Below are positions 12,265-25,899 of a DNA stretch of 64,000 nucleotides, piece after piece (positions within the stretch are counted from its first letter, which is position 1; every line of letters starts with the position of its first letter). Source of the stretch: Squalus acanthias. Its lineage: Eukaryota. A program made the translations under genes and the position numbers. The notes beneath the pieces were generated by a model, which worked only from the letters and a program-made list of their open reading frames with translations, had not been told where the DNA came from and searched no databases. The stretch covers positions 12,154,001 to 12,218,000 of the forward strand of contig CM059433.1 of assembly GCA_030390025.1 (NCBI GenBank), given 5' to 3'.

Positions 12265-12717
12265 CAACCTGTCTCAATTTAATCCTTTAAGCCCGGGTAT
12301 TATATTGGTGAATCTGCGATGACAAATTGATTTGAGAGGCTTACAGGATCTGGGGTCAGGAGCAACTATTTTTTTCTCAGAGTGGCGAGAGGGGGAAGGC
12401 AAGACTTCAGCTGTATAGTTTTCTGACAAATGTGGAGGACAAATCAAACAGCGTTCAGTGTAGAAATATAAAATATGTCTTTCTAACGCACAAAAACCCC
12501 TTCAAGCTACTGAATAAATAAGCTAAAAAGGACAGACAACAAACATTGCTGCATGTTAATGAGAGAGTAGACGGGAATACTGAAGGATTCCTTTCCCTTC
12601 TGCACACAATTCTCGGGTAACATGCCATCCATAGCAGTATCAAAGTGAAATACTGAAAGAAACAATGCTTCCTTATATATGTGTGATAACGCTGTATATG
12701 GAGGGCCCTTTACTTAC

Positions 12718-12834
12718 TATTAATTGCTTGAGTCCCACAAAGGACTGCTCCACAGCATTTGCAGTCAAAGCTTGTCTCTTCATTGCAGCCTGTTCTCCCA
12801 AAAACCGCAGCATTACTTCCCTGACAGCATCACC
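12718..12834 (-). CDS. TRAPPC12: TRAPPC12 coding exon (probable exon 3; 117 nt, phase 0)
   Basis: tttcag|GGT acceptor. Translates [39 protein letters not shown]. Donor ATA|gtaagt. Confidence 0.95.
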
Positions 12835-13827
12835 CTGAAAGGATCAGAGCACATCCACACAGTTTGATTAATGAGTCATTTGCGGCAGACTAACTGGAGC
12901 TTTAAAATATATACTGTATATATACGTATATAGACATAGTAAAACAACTTGGATTTTTTTTTTTAAACTTGATTTTGAACAATTACTATTCATGTTGAAA
13001 GTCGAGCAGTTACAGATGAACATGGGCAAATGTACAAGAATGACCGTTATACAAATGGAACGAATATCTAGATTAAAAAAATCTTACACCTGCATGCACT
13101 TCCTGTGAACTATACGATTATAAATTCCTATGTCCATATTTCTAAGGCAAACTACCGATGTAAACTTGTCATGCTGTAATACATCCTCCTGCCAGTGGTG
13201 GCACTATAGAATCTCAGCTTTGCATCACCTCAGCTTGCACTGCAGAAAAACTATCTTTCTGCTTCCCAAATTGCCATAAGCTTTGCTATTTAAATATAAA
13301 ATCCAAGTAATATATAAAAATAAGGGAAGAATACATTACTACAAAATGGATAATGAATTACATCTGCACGTCTTAGTCCAATTATCCCTCCCTGCAACTA
13401 CAATTTCTCTGAAGACTAACTTGGTCATGACTCCCTGTTTTTAATGTCAGAGGAAATCAACCGGTATTTTTTTTTTTTTAAGCCATTTGCCCGCTTCTGT
13501 TCCTAAACGTTGTTCGGGACTTTTCCTTAACCCCTTTTAAGTTCCTTACCTAAAAATGACTGAAGAAAAAGAAAGAGATTAATTGTCTCTCCATGGATTA
13601 GGCCCAACCGTTAACAATAATTGGATAGCACCCTTAGCATGGATTTTTTTCTTGGAAAAGATCCAACAATAGCCTCATCCTGGAGTATTGAGAATAACAC
13701 CTCCAAACACCCAACTTAAAAAAAATTCTTAGCTGGCCTTTGTTTCCTTTACTCTACTAAAGCAAGAAATGGCAAAGAGTGATGGGAGTTGAGACTAGGA
13801 GAAGGAACATCAGATTCTAGTGTCTGT

Positions 13828-14000
13828 CAATGTTCCCTGTAATTTTTTTGGCGCCGCGCGGCCCCTTTAAGTGGCTGCGCAGCCCATTCAAAATACTGCG
13901 CATGTGCAGTTTTTGCATTGAAAAGCCGGCAGGCCGGCTGCGTGGGTTCCCTGGAGCGCTGTGCGGTCCGCTTGACCGCCCAGCTTAAAAGGGAACATTG
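13828..14000. mobile_element. hAT-type MITE (173 bp)
   Basis: TIRs CAATGTTCCCT / AGGGAACATTG. Perfect 8-bp target site duplication GTGTCTGT at 13820-13827 and 14001-14008. Confidence 0.9.
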
Positions 14001-14534
14001 GTGTCTGTGCATGGGAACGAAAGAAAGATGGGAAGCCAATCACCTCATGATGTTTAAGACTGTTCCCCAGGTGAATTCCTTAATAGGTTTTCTCACTCTA
14101 AGCTTGTGCGAATCATGTGATCTTCCACTGGCATTGTAAATGGTGTGGTTTCAAAGCTATCCTCAGTTCTTTTTAAAATGGAAGCAGCTGCTTTATAAGA
14201 CATTTTCAGATTAACAAGTATTCACTTGAAAGAAACTTATGTATAAGGGAGATATTACATGGAAAAAAAGACAATTTTCTGTTTCATTCATCTATTCTCC
14301 ACACAGGACCAGGGTTATGCCACAATGCCGACGGATGAGATACACTAAAGAGCACATCTTTCTTACAAGACAAATTTACAGGAATTGAATGACCCATATC
14401 ACACTGTCAATTCACATCTGGAATCTGTACTGAATCCAGATTGACGGTATGAGAAACTATAATTATGACTATTTCCACAGGAACAGAGATGGCTAAAAGG
14501 AAATTTAACAGGTTCTAAAAACATTTTTCTTTAA

Positions 14535-14825
14535 ATCATTCAATCGGTATGCCGGTGTCGTCGGCAAGGTCGGTATTTATTGCCCTACCCTAGTTACCCG
14601 TGCGAAGGTTTTGGTGGGTCGCCTTCTTGAACCACTGCAGTCCATGTGGTGAAGGTACTCCCTGCAATACTGTTAGGTAGGGAGTTCCAGGATTTTAACC
14701 CAGTGACAACGAAGGAACGGCGATATATGTCCAAGTCATAAATAGCATTTTGAGCTATACATGGTGTGTGACTTGGAGGTGATAGTGTTCCCATGCACCT
14801 GCTTCCTTTGTCCTTCTAAGTAGTG
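14535..14825 (-). mobile_element. LINE family B 3'-end fragment
   Basis: [19 protein letters not shown] peptide; tail matches 43730-43900. Confidence 0.8.
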
Positions 14826-15549
14826 GTCATGATTATCCTGTCATGGACTTCTACCAACAATCACTACCAGTCGATACCTTACTCCAAGGAACACAAGGTT
14901 CCTTCTGCCACCTCCCCTGAAAAAATATAGCAAATCTATTAATATTCCTATAACCCTCAATCTTTTCTCAACAGATATCAATCTAACAGCCTTCAACAAC
15001 CTCTTCTGAAAATCAATCCACATATCCACTACCTTGTGGGGAAAAACATTTTTTTCTAATCTCAAACCTTAATCAAGGCTTATGAATTTTATACTCGTCT
15101 TATGCTTATTACCAAGTTTGCCTATGGATCTATCTAGAATAATAAAACTTGCATCTTTGCACACTCCTGTCTAAAAACCTTACTACTTCTGTTTGTCACA
15201 ATTCTGTGTTAATTATTTTGCACGATAAATTCCCATGTCATTTATAATCAAAATTGTCTACATAAACTTGTCACATGGCAATTATGGCCTCCCACCAAAG
15301 GTGGTGCTGTGCCACCTCAGTTTTGCATCTCCTAGCTTCTTGTCCTGTACTTCAGAGATTGAAGTATAAGGTAGTAGTAGTACACAGGGATTCGCGATCA
15401 AGTGTTGACTGCAGGTGAACATGGTTAGAGGGTGAGGGAATAAGTGAAACAAGGGACACAGACCCCATTTTAAAGACAAACATTCTGTTCTTATTTACAC
15501 ATTCCCATTAATTAGTTCTTATGTCTGCATTTATACTTGAAACCACTGA

Positions 15550-16500
15550 ATTACATCTGTGCACCCGGGTCCAATTATCCCATCCACCAACAGCTTTTTT
15601 GAGGTAAGGTGGCCAAAAGTCCATGGCAAACTCCAGAATTGGCCTCACCACTGATCTACACAATGTTCGTACCACGATACTGGATTTCCATTTTTTATAA
15701 CTGCTTTACACTAACTAGATACTTACAACCTATGGTCAACGGCTACAAATATGACTACCAAACTGTTTACCTATTCTGTTTTTGCAAATGAGGAATATTT
15801 CATCTTGTACACATTTCCTGTTATTTGTTCCTATACAAATTACCCAAAATGTATACACCTTAAAATCAACCAGTCACACCTGAGTCACCTATAAAATTAG
15901 TCCAATTATCTCTGCTTTCTACTCATTACCTGCCACATAGTATGCATCATCATTAAACTTAATACCCTAAAAAAACTTGTTTCATTTCATTCACAAATAT
16001 TGTGAACACAGGGGCTGTAGAAAATTTCCTTAGAAGATCACTGGTTACTTTCTCGTCACATGGAGCACTTTCCATCTGTCACCACTCGTACCATTCATTG
16101 CTAAGCCATTCCCAATCCACATAGACAATTTGCCATCTATTCCATGAGCCTTAACCTTCCTTACTGGTTTCACAAGAAACTTCATCAAAAACACTTGAAA
16201 ATCCAAGGAAACTGCATCTTCCAGATTATGCTCATCCACCATCTTATTTACCTCAAATTCCAGCAGGATTGACTTAACTTCTGGCACCATGCTGACTACT
16301 CCTTATAATACATGCGCTCATTATATATTAATTTATAGCATCCCATATAATGCCCTCCAATTGTTTCCAATGTGGATTAGGCCAAGTAAAGTGTAATTAC
16401 TAAATTTGTGCCTTACTTTTTCCATTTTTGAGCTATACATTTAATCTTTGCAAGTTCTCCATAAGATATTCTTTACTAACTTCTATATGTGTCCTGAATC
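15550..16500 (-). mobile_element. Old, highly degraded CR1 fragments
   Basis: SLDFQVF..KVKAHGIDGKLSMWIGNGL RT remnant. Confidence 0.6.
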
Positions 16501-16714
16501 GCATAACCCCACTTACTAGGACTGGAAATTGTCCCCTGCATGATAACTGAAGAATCTATTCTATGTAGCTGCCATATTCTGATCATCTAATAGATTTTAA
16601 ACCCAATTTATCCTTAAATGGAACCACCTGTTCTTTGACCTTCCTTCTACTCTGAGTTTAGTTGTTTATTGGGGTCTTCCTGCTGTTCTATACAAATTCA
16701 TCTCTCTACTTCTG

Positions 16715-17010
16715 ATTTTTTTTGTTCGTTCCTCGGATCTGGGCGTCGCTGGCAAGGCCAGCATTTATTGCCTATCCCTAATTGCCCTTGAGAAGGTGGT
16801 GGTGAGCCGCCGCCTTCAACCGCTGCAGACTGTGCGGTGAAGGTACTCCCATAGTGCTGTTAGGGAGAGTGGTTCCAGGATTTTGACCCAGCGACGATGA
16901 AGGAACGACAATATATTTCCAAATCATGATGGTGTGTAATTTGGAGGGGAACTTGGAGGTGGTGTTGTTCCCATGTGCCTATTGCCCTTGTCTTTCTAGG
17001 TGGTAGAGGT
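16715..17010 (-). mobile_element. LINE family B 3'-end fragment
   Basis: Collinear with 43730-44020. Confidence 0.85.
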
Positions 17011-17014
17011 CTGG

Positions 17015-17385
17015 TTAGGAGGATGTGGGTTCCAGTCCTACTCCAGGATTTGAACAAATATGCTAGGTTGACGGTCCAGTACCACTTTTCAGATGACAGG
17101 TTAAGTTCTGATCTGCCTGTTCAGGTGGACGATAAAAATCCAACAGCACTATTCAAAGAAGACCACTAAGGTCTCCCAATGTACTGGCCAATATTCTTCC
17201 CTCAACCAATGGTGCCAAAAATATAAATAAAACAGTGATTTATGCTATTTTTGGGACCTTGCTGTGTGCAAAATGGCTGCCACATTCAACTACATAAACA
17301 CAGCACTTTAAAATTGGACGTGGAGCATTTTGGAACATCCCGAGAAATGTGATGAGGCACTATATAAATGCAGGTTCTTTCTTTC
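17015..17385 (+). mobile_element. Degenerate Deu-domain SINE
   Basis: GGTTCCAGTCC B-box-like motif; CAGGTGGACGATAAAAATCC...CACTATTCAAAGAAG; tail CTATATAAATGCAGG. Confidence 0.6.
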
Positions 17386-17539
17386 TCTGGCACTTTCTTC
17401 AGTGATCCTCAATTGCCTCTTGTATGAATCCCAGTTATCCCTATTTTTGTTTTCTTGTACATTTTAAAGTATTTCTTCTCAATGTTTAATATTAACGTCA
17501 CTACAACTTGTACTTTATTTCTTTAAGTATGGGTTTCTG

Positions 17540-17980
17540 AACGCAGCCAGCACAATTCCAGCAATGGCTTCTCTTTTTGCCCCACACAGTCATCTCTGAA
17601 GTTCCCCAAGAATCTATCCTTGGTCTCCTCCTCTTTCCTTATATACACGCTTTCCCTTGCTGACATCATCCACAGACAAGTGGTCAGCTCTCACATATAT
17701 GCCGATGACACCCAGCACTACCTCTCCACTACTTCTCGACCTCACGACTCCCTCCATGCTGTCAGACTGCCTGTCCAACAGAAAGTTCGTCCAACAAAAC
17801 ATCAGGAGAACTGAAGCCATTGTTTTTTGACCCCCACTGTAAACTTCACTCCTTTGCCACTAACTATCTCCCTCCTGGCAATTTAGTCCATTCTTTTATC
17901 TATTTCTCTGCCATCCAAAAGCATCTTGGGGCATTTTCTATGTTAAAGGTGCTATATATATGCAAGTAGTTGTTCTTTTC
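17540..17980 (+). mobile_element. L2 LINE fragment
   Basis: FLIYTLSLADII..HIYADDTQHYLST RT motif; L2 tail GGTGCTATATATATGCAAGTAGTTG. Confidence 0.75.
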
Positions 17981-18029
17981 CCCTTAAGACTCATCTCCTA
18001 ACTCCAAAATCTGCTCTTCTAAAGTCCCA

Positions 18030-19990
18030 AAGTCTTTTATAGCAGCACACTGCTGATTTGATATTCTAAAAGCTCAGGCCAAAAACAAGTCCAACAATAT
18101 AATGATTGCTATATCCAATGTATTCACAAAACTCCAGGCTATTAGTCAGCTCTGGTGGATTGCTGAACAGAAAATCCAATACACCTCTGCTCGAGTTGCC
18201 AACCTGGTACATTGTGTGAGGAAAACAATCCCTGACTGCCTGCAAATTTATATTTGCATTCCAGCCTTCTAGTTATCCCTGATCTGCTCATTCAACCTAT
18301 GGATGTTAAAATTTCCCATGATCAGTACATTACAATACTCCAACAGTTTTCCATCTTCCTGCTTGCCTCGCATTCATGGTCCAAAGCAGATAACAATTAG
18401 TTTGTTAGCCTCATCATTACATTGTTTTAACTTTATCTCCTTCTACTGCTACATCCAATCTTACCATAACTGCAATATTACCCATTATTGATGCTCTGAT
18501 TCCTCTACCTCTCCTTGTAGGTCTATCCTTGTGGAACATTTTGCAGCCTCTCAGTAGCAGCTGTTGGCCACCCTCTGCAGTCAGCAATGCTTCCAAGGTG
18601 CTTATGTCATCAGTATTCTAACTAATTTCATACATTAAGTCTAATATACACTTTGAACTTTAATGCTTATTGGTAATTTCCCTTGCATGTGTACAAGAAC
18701 CTTTCAACCCATTCTTCCAAAAAATCCTCTTATTGGATCTTTCTGCCACTAACCTCATTAAAGTTTGTTTTACTCGGATTTGTTTACCCTCTCACTAGTA
18801 TAATTCCTTCTCTTTTGCTCTATGTATTAGCTCTGCAAGGTACCAGTCCATTTCAGATTAAACTTGTCCAGTCTGAACAGCTTGCCACTGCCCTAGACCT
18901 TGTCCCAATACTCTAGGGATCTGAAGCCCTCCCTTCTGCAGCATCTCTCTAGCCATGTTAGTTATCTAATCAGTTTATCCTTAACTGCAGCAGATGGTTG
19001 CAAAGGAACACTGATAGATTAAGCGAGTGGGCAAAACTGTGGTAGATGGAGTTCAATGTGGGAAAGTGTGTGGTCATCCACTTTGGACCCAGAAAGATAG
19101 ATCAGGGTTTATTCCAAATGGCGAGAAGCTAGAAACAGTCGATGAGCAGAGAGATTTAGGGGTCCAAGTACAGAAACCACTAAGAACTAGTGGACAGGTA
19201 CAATAAATAATTGAAATGGCTAATTGAATGTTAGCCTTTATCTCAAGGGGCCTAGAATACAAAGGGGTGGAAGTTATGCTACAGTTGTATAAAGCTCTGG
19301 TTAGACTGCATCTGGAATACTGCATTCAGTTCTGGGCACTGCACCTCAGGAAGGATATATTGGCCTCGGAGGGGGTGCAGCATAGATTCACAAGAATTAT
19401 ACCGGGGTAAAAGGGTTAAATAATGAGGACAGGTTGCATAGACTAGGCTTGTATTCCCTTGACTATAGAAGATTAAAAGGTAATCTAATTGAGGTGCTCA
19501 AGATGATTAAAAGGAGTTGATAGGGAGAAACTATTTTCTCTGAAATTGATATATTTTTGTTAGGCAAGGGAACCAAGGCGGGTAGATGGAGTTAAGATAC
19601 AGATCAGCTATGATCTCATTCAATGGTGGAACAGGCTCAAGGGGCTGAATGAACCTACATAGGAACAGAAGTAAGCCAGTGTGTGGCACCGGGAGTAATC
19701 CCAACATTACCACCCTTAAGATCTTGCATTTTAATCTAGAATTTAACTCCTCAAACACCCGCTACGCCTTTCTATATCGTTAGTTCCTACGTGAACCACA
19801 GGTTTTAGTTGTTTTCTCTCTCCTTCCACAATTTATGTCCCATACCCTGAAATACAATGAACCTCTTTGGACTCTCTGCTGTGGCTCAAATCAAGATGCT
19901 TATGCCCTAATTATGTAATCCCCTACTAGCATATGCCTGTTCTCAATGATGGCGTCACTCTTTTCCCAGTGAGTAACCCCTCATTTCACA
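18030..19990. mobile_element. Nested CR1 fragments: old minus-strand copy (including an ORF1 esterase-like piece at about 19680-19800) with a plus-strand copy at about 18985-19660
   Basis: Plus strand MLAFISRGLEYKGVEVMLQLYKALVRLHLEYCIQFW. Minus strand KILRVVMLGLLPVP resembles the CR1 ORF1 SGNH esterase. Confidence 0.7.
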
Positions 19991-20149
19991 CTGCTGTAAT
20001 TGCCCTCAATATCCCTCCATCATAGATCTTAAGAACTATAGCTTAAATATCCTTATCTTTGTTTCAAGTTACAGGGAGCTGAACACTAACAAGAGACACA
20101 GCTTATCTATCTCAAAAGAACGAATTAAAATAAAATAGTATTTCTTACA

Positions 20150-20550
20150 TGGAATTACATAGAAATTACAAAATGAAATAGGCTGTTCAGTTTAAACAGA
20201 CTCCACGAGCAGCAGTCCTAATACCATGTGCCTGTTCTATTCCCATATACCTTTATCGCACTTTCCTTCAACCACCTCTGTAATCAATCTCAAATGTTGA
20301 CAAGGTCTCTGCTTCAATCCATAACTTCGCTAGTGCAATCTACAACATCACAGGCCCCTTATGTAAAAAAAAAAATGTTTCTCCTGCTCTCTAGCCTAAA
20401 TCTCCTGCATTTAATCTTACATCTATGTTCCCTTTTTCTGGACACCTCAATCACTGGAAACAATCTGTTTCTATCTACTCCATCCCATCCCTTCATAATT
20501 TTAAACAACTCCGTCAAATTACCCCATAACCTCCTCTGTTCTAATGAATA
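20150..20550 (-). mobile_element. CR1 3' fragment
   Basis: LYSLEQRRLWGNLTELFKIMKGWDGVDRNRLFP. Confidence 0.8.
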
Positions 20551-20974
20551 CAACGCCAATTTTCAAGTGTTTTAAGAAGGCGATTTGCATCCTCTGTTCA
20601 GAGCCTGGCAGGTCTCAATTACACCTGCGGAGAGGTAATCTGTTAATTATCAGAAATGCAATGACGTCCATAAAAGTTTCCTTTATGCTACCCAAGTTAC
20701 AGTTAACTCAAAAGACAATAATGTGTCTGCAGATTTAAGTAACGAACACCTTCTGAAAAAAACTGAGACATTACCAAGCTGGAAGTGAAAAAACAGAACA
20801 GCAAGTTGGCTTCCTTTTAGACCTTTTCATATACATAGCGTATTGTATCCCTCCAAAGAAGCATTAATTTTTCCCCAATGAAATGCATGCCTGGAATAGA
20901 TTCTGGATGTCGCAAATGCTGTAAAATTAACAACTGTCAGCTTTACTGTAACACAGAAACAAAAACTGACTTAC

Positions 20975-22273
20975 TTGCACATTGTCAAACTTCAGGCCTG
21001 GCATGGTCAACTTCTCCTTGTCTATGAACACCGTGCTGTACTGTTGGGTAGCTACAGAAATGAGAATCTTCCTGGTCTCCTCAGACGGAATCCAAGCATC
21101 ATACCGCCTGTCTATCTCGCTCATGTTCAACGCTGTTGCGAAGGGGTCATCGCTTCCCGCAAATGCTGCTTGGAGCTGAGAAAAGGGTTTAGGTGACAGA
21201 GATATTTCAGTAGATGATGCTGATGAAGGTGTGATGCCACTTCCTATAATAAAAGATTGGTTTGTGGAGTTATGTGGACTGGCCATCCCAGGAGTAGAAA
21301 GTGAGGACAATCTATCAGGCACTGAAGCACTAGCATTTGGGTTACTAACAGAAATGAAAGAAGTCGATGTAAAGGAGTCAAAAAATTCTGCTGCCGATGA
21401 GCTTGAACTGACATCATCTGTGAAAAATTTGCTTAGGCTAGGACTCGGGTGAACCCCAAATAATGGAGGTTTACTAGGAGTATCAATAATTGTCCCAAAG
21501 CTGGGAGATTTCACCATCTGAGGCTCATAACCATCTGCTTTCAAAGGAGCATGAACCTGGGCTTTAGACAGAGTGTCCTGGCTAAAAATGGTGCACACAG
21601 GCAGATGCTCATCCTTAGTCAACTGAGTGGCAACAGGCATCAGGGCCTGCTTCTCCTGCAATTCTAAATCAACCTGGCCTTCTGATCCATTTTCAAGAAT
21701 TTTATTTGTTACTTGAAGTTCTTCTTCTGATCCGACTGCTAGTTCCAGATTTTGTGGGACAGACATTTCATCTTGTGTTGGAGTCCTAACATCATCATCA
21801 TTATCATCATCATCATCGTCGTCGTCGTCGTCGTCGTCATCATTGTGTACTACAGAAGTTGTAGGTTCACTCTCTTCAACAGAAGCCTCTTTATAATCCT
21901 TATTCTCTGAATCCACTGACTGAACCTCACCACACTCAATCCCTAAAGTCTCTTCACAGTCATGCAGGATTGCTAGATCTCCCGCATCACCCTCACTATT
22001 ACTAGGTGAATCAGATATTATTACACTCTCCATCATCTGATCATTAAGCTTATCCAGGAGATTCATCGGACATGTATCAGATATTTTATCTGTAGGCCCA
22101 GATATAAATGCATCTGCACCTAGGTCAATGTTTTCTGTTCCAAACAGCAATTGCTGCTGCTGAGTTTGAGATTCTTGCAGCACTGTGTTCACACTCTCTG
22201 CATTATTAATCTCCTCACTAATGTTGAATGTTATGGTATCAGTAACCTGAGAGTCTAGTTGAAGATTTTCCAT
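20975..22273 (-). CDS. TRAPPC12: TRAPPC12 first coding exon (exon 2; 433 codons, acidic and low-complexity N-terminus; exon begins at 22279)
   Basis: ttggttgcag|GAAAAGATG acceptor and start codon. C-terminal part FAGSDDPFATALNMSEIDRRYDAWIPSEETRKILISVATQQ..LTMPGLKFDNVQ is typical of TRAPPC12/TTC15. Donor CAA|gtaagt; phase 0 joins to the GDAV exon. Confidence 0.95.
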
Positions 22274-25224
22274 CTTTTCCTGCAACCAAAATTCAAAAAT
22301 TTTAGTACTCTGCACATAAAATTCTGCTACAACATTGTTATATCCAACACATTCTGCAAACAAAGACTAATATGTTAACAATCGTATCATGAGCTCAGCC
22401 CAAATGTGGTATTTTGGACTGGCTAGTTTAAATGAAATTGTTTTGCTGGACAGAATTTTACTGGAAGAAATTCACTTTTTGCCCACCACAAATGTCACAT
22501 GTGTACCTATAAGCCTCACTGGAGCACAACAATTGCTATAAATTTGCATTGTTAAACAAAAAATCTTCTCCTTCATGCCATGCATCTTTCTTTGGTTGAA
22601 AGAGCAAGCAGACTACAATGTCATCACTAGTCGCTAGAGATGCAATAATGTCCTATGTTGACATGCCTGCTAATTTCCCTTCCTTAGGGGTGGTGGAAAT
22701 GGCGGGGGGGGGGGGGGGTTTGGAGGATGGGGGAAGGAAAGAAGTTAGGACAGATACCTAATCACCTTGCTTGAGACTTTCCTTTCACATCCCTGCAGAT
22801 ACCAGCAGCAGATTTTGTAGGTGCCAACTGGTGCAGTACACCTCCAAGGTACAGTCAAGTATTGTTACCATAACATTGCACCACCCGATCAGCTGACCCG
22901 ACATGTTAGATATACCACTCTACGTGCTTTCAAAACTGCAGAGACATGACAATATCATTGGCACAACAGTCAGTTAAGTGTTTAATGCAACTCAGCTACA
23001 AATTGCTACAGGAGCTGGCTCTTTGCAAAACATTATTGCCTCGTCAATTTTACTACTCGGCAACTAGAAATGTCAACGATGTAAAAATTCCAGACACTAC
23101 AGGACTTACACCACTGATTCTGCTGAACAATACAGTTAGCAAGCAAACATATTGGGGTTTAATAGTTTACACAGGCTGATGTTGTACACATCCTTGTAGG
23201 TCCCGTCGTAGGGAAAAAAATAATACCTTGCTGTACAGAAAGTAAGCATTGATCATTAGCTTTATACTTTTCTTAGTCCATTCATGAGGCAAATGTTTAT
23301 CACATCACATATGTGGTCTAAATTGTTTTCAGTTGGTTATTTTCTAACCTAGAATAACCATGAGATTGTATAGCATGGCAGCAAGATGGCCACTAGCATT
23401 TTTTTAAATTACAAGACAGTCAATTATTGTCCTACACATACATTTGGTATGAACAGAATGACAGAGTGCAGTGGAATACTGGAAATTTAATCCAATCTAC
23501 CATTATGAAAATGTATTATATACCCAACAACCTCGATCAATAATTTCCTATACGTTTTGCTTGTGCATTAGGTCATTCCAACTCAATAAATAACAATGTT
23601 CAAATAATTGTCATGCACCATCCATTGTCCACTGGTAAAGATTCTATTTTCTTACATGTCAAATGACTGCACATCAAAATTCTCTAATTTAACTGCACAT
23701 AATTATCAAAAATTTATGAACCGTAAACCTAGTTAGCCAATGTAAAAAAGGAATGTTACAATATATTATTCTAGATATAAGATATTAAAAGTCTCTCTTG
23801 GCTGTGACATGATCACATGCATTGTATAGACATTAAAGGTCTACCACACAATGCTAAGAACAGACAGACTTCCTTTTATCTCATCATATCCTCTCTAATC
23901 AATCTTACATGGTGGTTCGCTGTTGATATACCTCTATCTCTGACGGCTTCAGAAAGACTACCAATTTGGAGCAGGCCAGCCCAACTCAAGTACAGCTGAC
24001 AAAAGATGTTTGAATTTGAATTGAATGGCTTGGCTCCTTCCTGGGACCAGGTTAAGCTGTTCTAAACACTTAAGAGTGCACTAAAGCTCAACATCCACCT
24101 AATAGCTGTGGGGACAATCCAATTAATGCCCACTAGTAACTGCATTTTGAAGACAATGGACAGTCACAGGTAAACAAAATTGGCAACTTAGACAATTACA
24201 TTATGAATTTCTACTTTCTACCTACATCTATTTCCTGAGCTCTTGCGCTTTAAATAGGCCTGGACCATTTTCTGTAAGTGAACAAAGGTTTTCTAACCAT
24301 GCATGTACCATGGTAACATTATTTTTTGTCACACTAACCATGTCAGGAAATCACACCACTGCAGTACTTGACTCTTGGTCAGCATTAAGCTCAACTTTGC
24401 TGTACTTGCCTTTAGAAACAATCTTTTCTGCCCTTTTTGGGAAGGAAGAGGGCAGGGTATTTTTAAATAGATAACATATTTTGAGGAATTTGGCAATCTC
24501 AATGTTGCTTCTGCTACAAGCTGCAGGAAGAGAAAGCAGACCACAAGCAAGAGGGAGCTGCAAGTGATCTGCAGTGCCCTGCAGGAACCCAAGCAAGGCC
24601 TGAGACACCAACCACCAATTAACATATACAAGACCCTTCATTCCTCTCCCCACCGCCCCCCTAAGGAGCCCAACCAAACCCTAGGTATCAAGACCAAACA
24701 AATTATCTTTATGCTTCTGTCAAAGAAATTCTAATCCCACTGTCGGTGAAAAAATTCCATCACAAACAATATTATGCACCAAAAGGAATTTACTAGCTAT
24801 TGTGCGGGGAGAAAACCTCAATGATCAGGAAGCAGACTTTCCATAATTTCTGATATCAATCAGTTCCATTTTCCGAGTGCAGTAATAATTAAATAAGCAT
24901 AATGATCTGAGTATCTATTAATTGCGCTCGTCAGGGAATGTTTTCTAAAGTACCAATAACTCCAGAATCAAACATTCACACGAATAACCTTGAGCTCTTA
25001 ACCCAATTATTTCACTTATGATTTTCAAATACTATACTCCAATTTCACATCTTTATCTTGAGTTATAGTTCACTTCCTACTCATAATTTAGTTTGTATGA
25101 ACAATGCGTGTAGCGCAAGTATCCTGGTATATCTTTTGTTTTCACTTGATGAATTCAGAATCATATGAATTGCTAAATAATGCTGTGCACTCGAGAAAAG
25201 AATATCTGCATACTTACTTGCATT

Positions 25225-25690
25225 CATCCGACACCCCTGTGCTCGCTGACTTACACTGGCTCCTGGTCCGGCAATGGCTCGATTTTAAAATTCTCATCCT
25301 CGTGTTCAAATCCCTCCATAGCCTCACCCCTCCCAATCCCTTAACCTCCTCCAGCCCTGCAACCCTCCGAGATCTCTGTGCTCCTCCAATTCTGGCCTCT
25401 TGCGCACCCCCGATTTTCATCGCTCCACCATGACATTGGTGGCTGTGTCTTCAGCTGCCTGGGCCCTAAGCTCTGGTATTCCCTCCTTAAACCTCTCTGC
25501 CTCTCTCTCCTCTTTGAAGTTGTTCCTTAAAGCCTACCTCTTTGACCAAGCTTTTGGTCATCTGTCCCAATATCTGTTTTTTGTGGCTAGGTGTCAAATT
25601 TTGTCTGCTAACGCTCCTGTGAAGTGCCTTGCGGCGTTTTTAACTACGTTTAACGTGCTATATAAATACAAGTTACAGTTGTTGTAGCAT
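25225..25690 (+). mobile_element. L2 LINE 3' end
   Basis: TPVLADLHWLLVRQWLDFKILILVFKSLH peptide and L2 tail GCTATATAAATACAAGTT. Confidence 0.85.
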
Positions 25691-25899
25691 CTTAACCCTC
25701 CCATGCTTTAATTCCCTTGTCAGACACACTACAGGAAGGAGACATTTTGAGTACCATTTCTCTTAAGGTGAGGTCATGAAATTCTTCTTTCGTGATGTGA
25801 GCAGCAATCTTCATTCAGAATGGCAGTGAGCATTTCTTCCTGAACTGCTCCGATCAACACTTTTAAATAAGATACTTAAGCTAGGCATAGCTAAGGAGT

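Noticed and set aside
20927..22363. 478-aa single-exon gene as given by the ORF track
   Set aside because: Both ends run into introns. The real coding exon is 20975-22273, bounded by splice sites.
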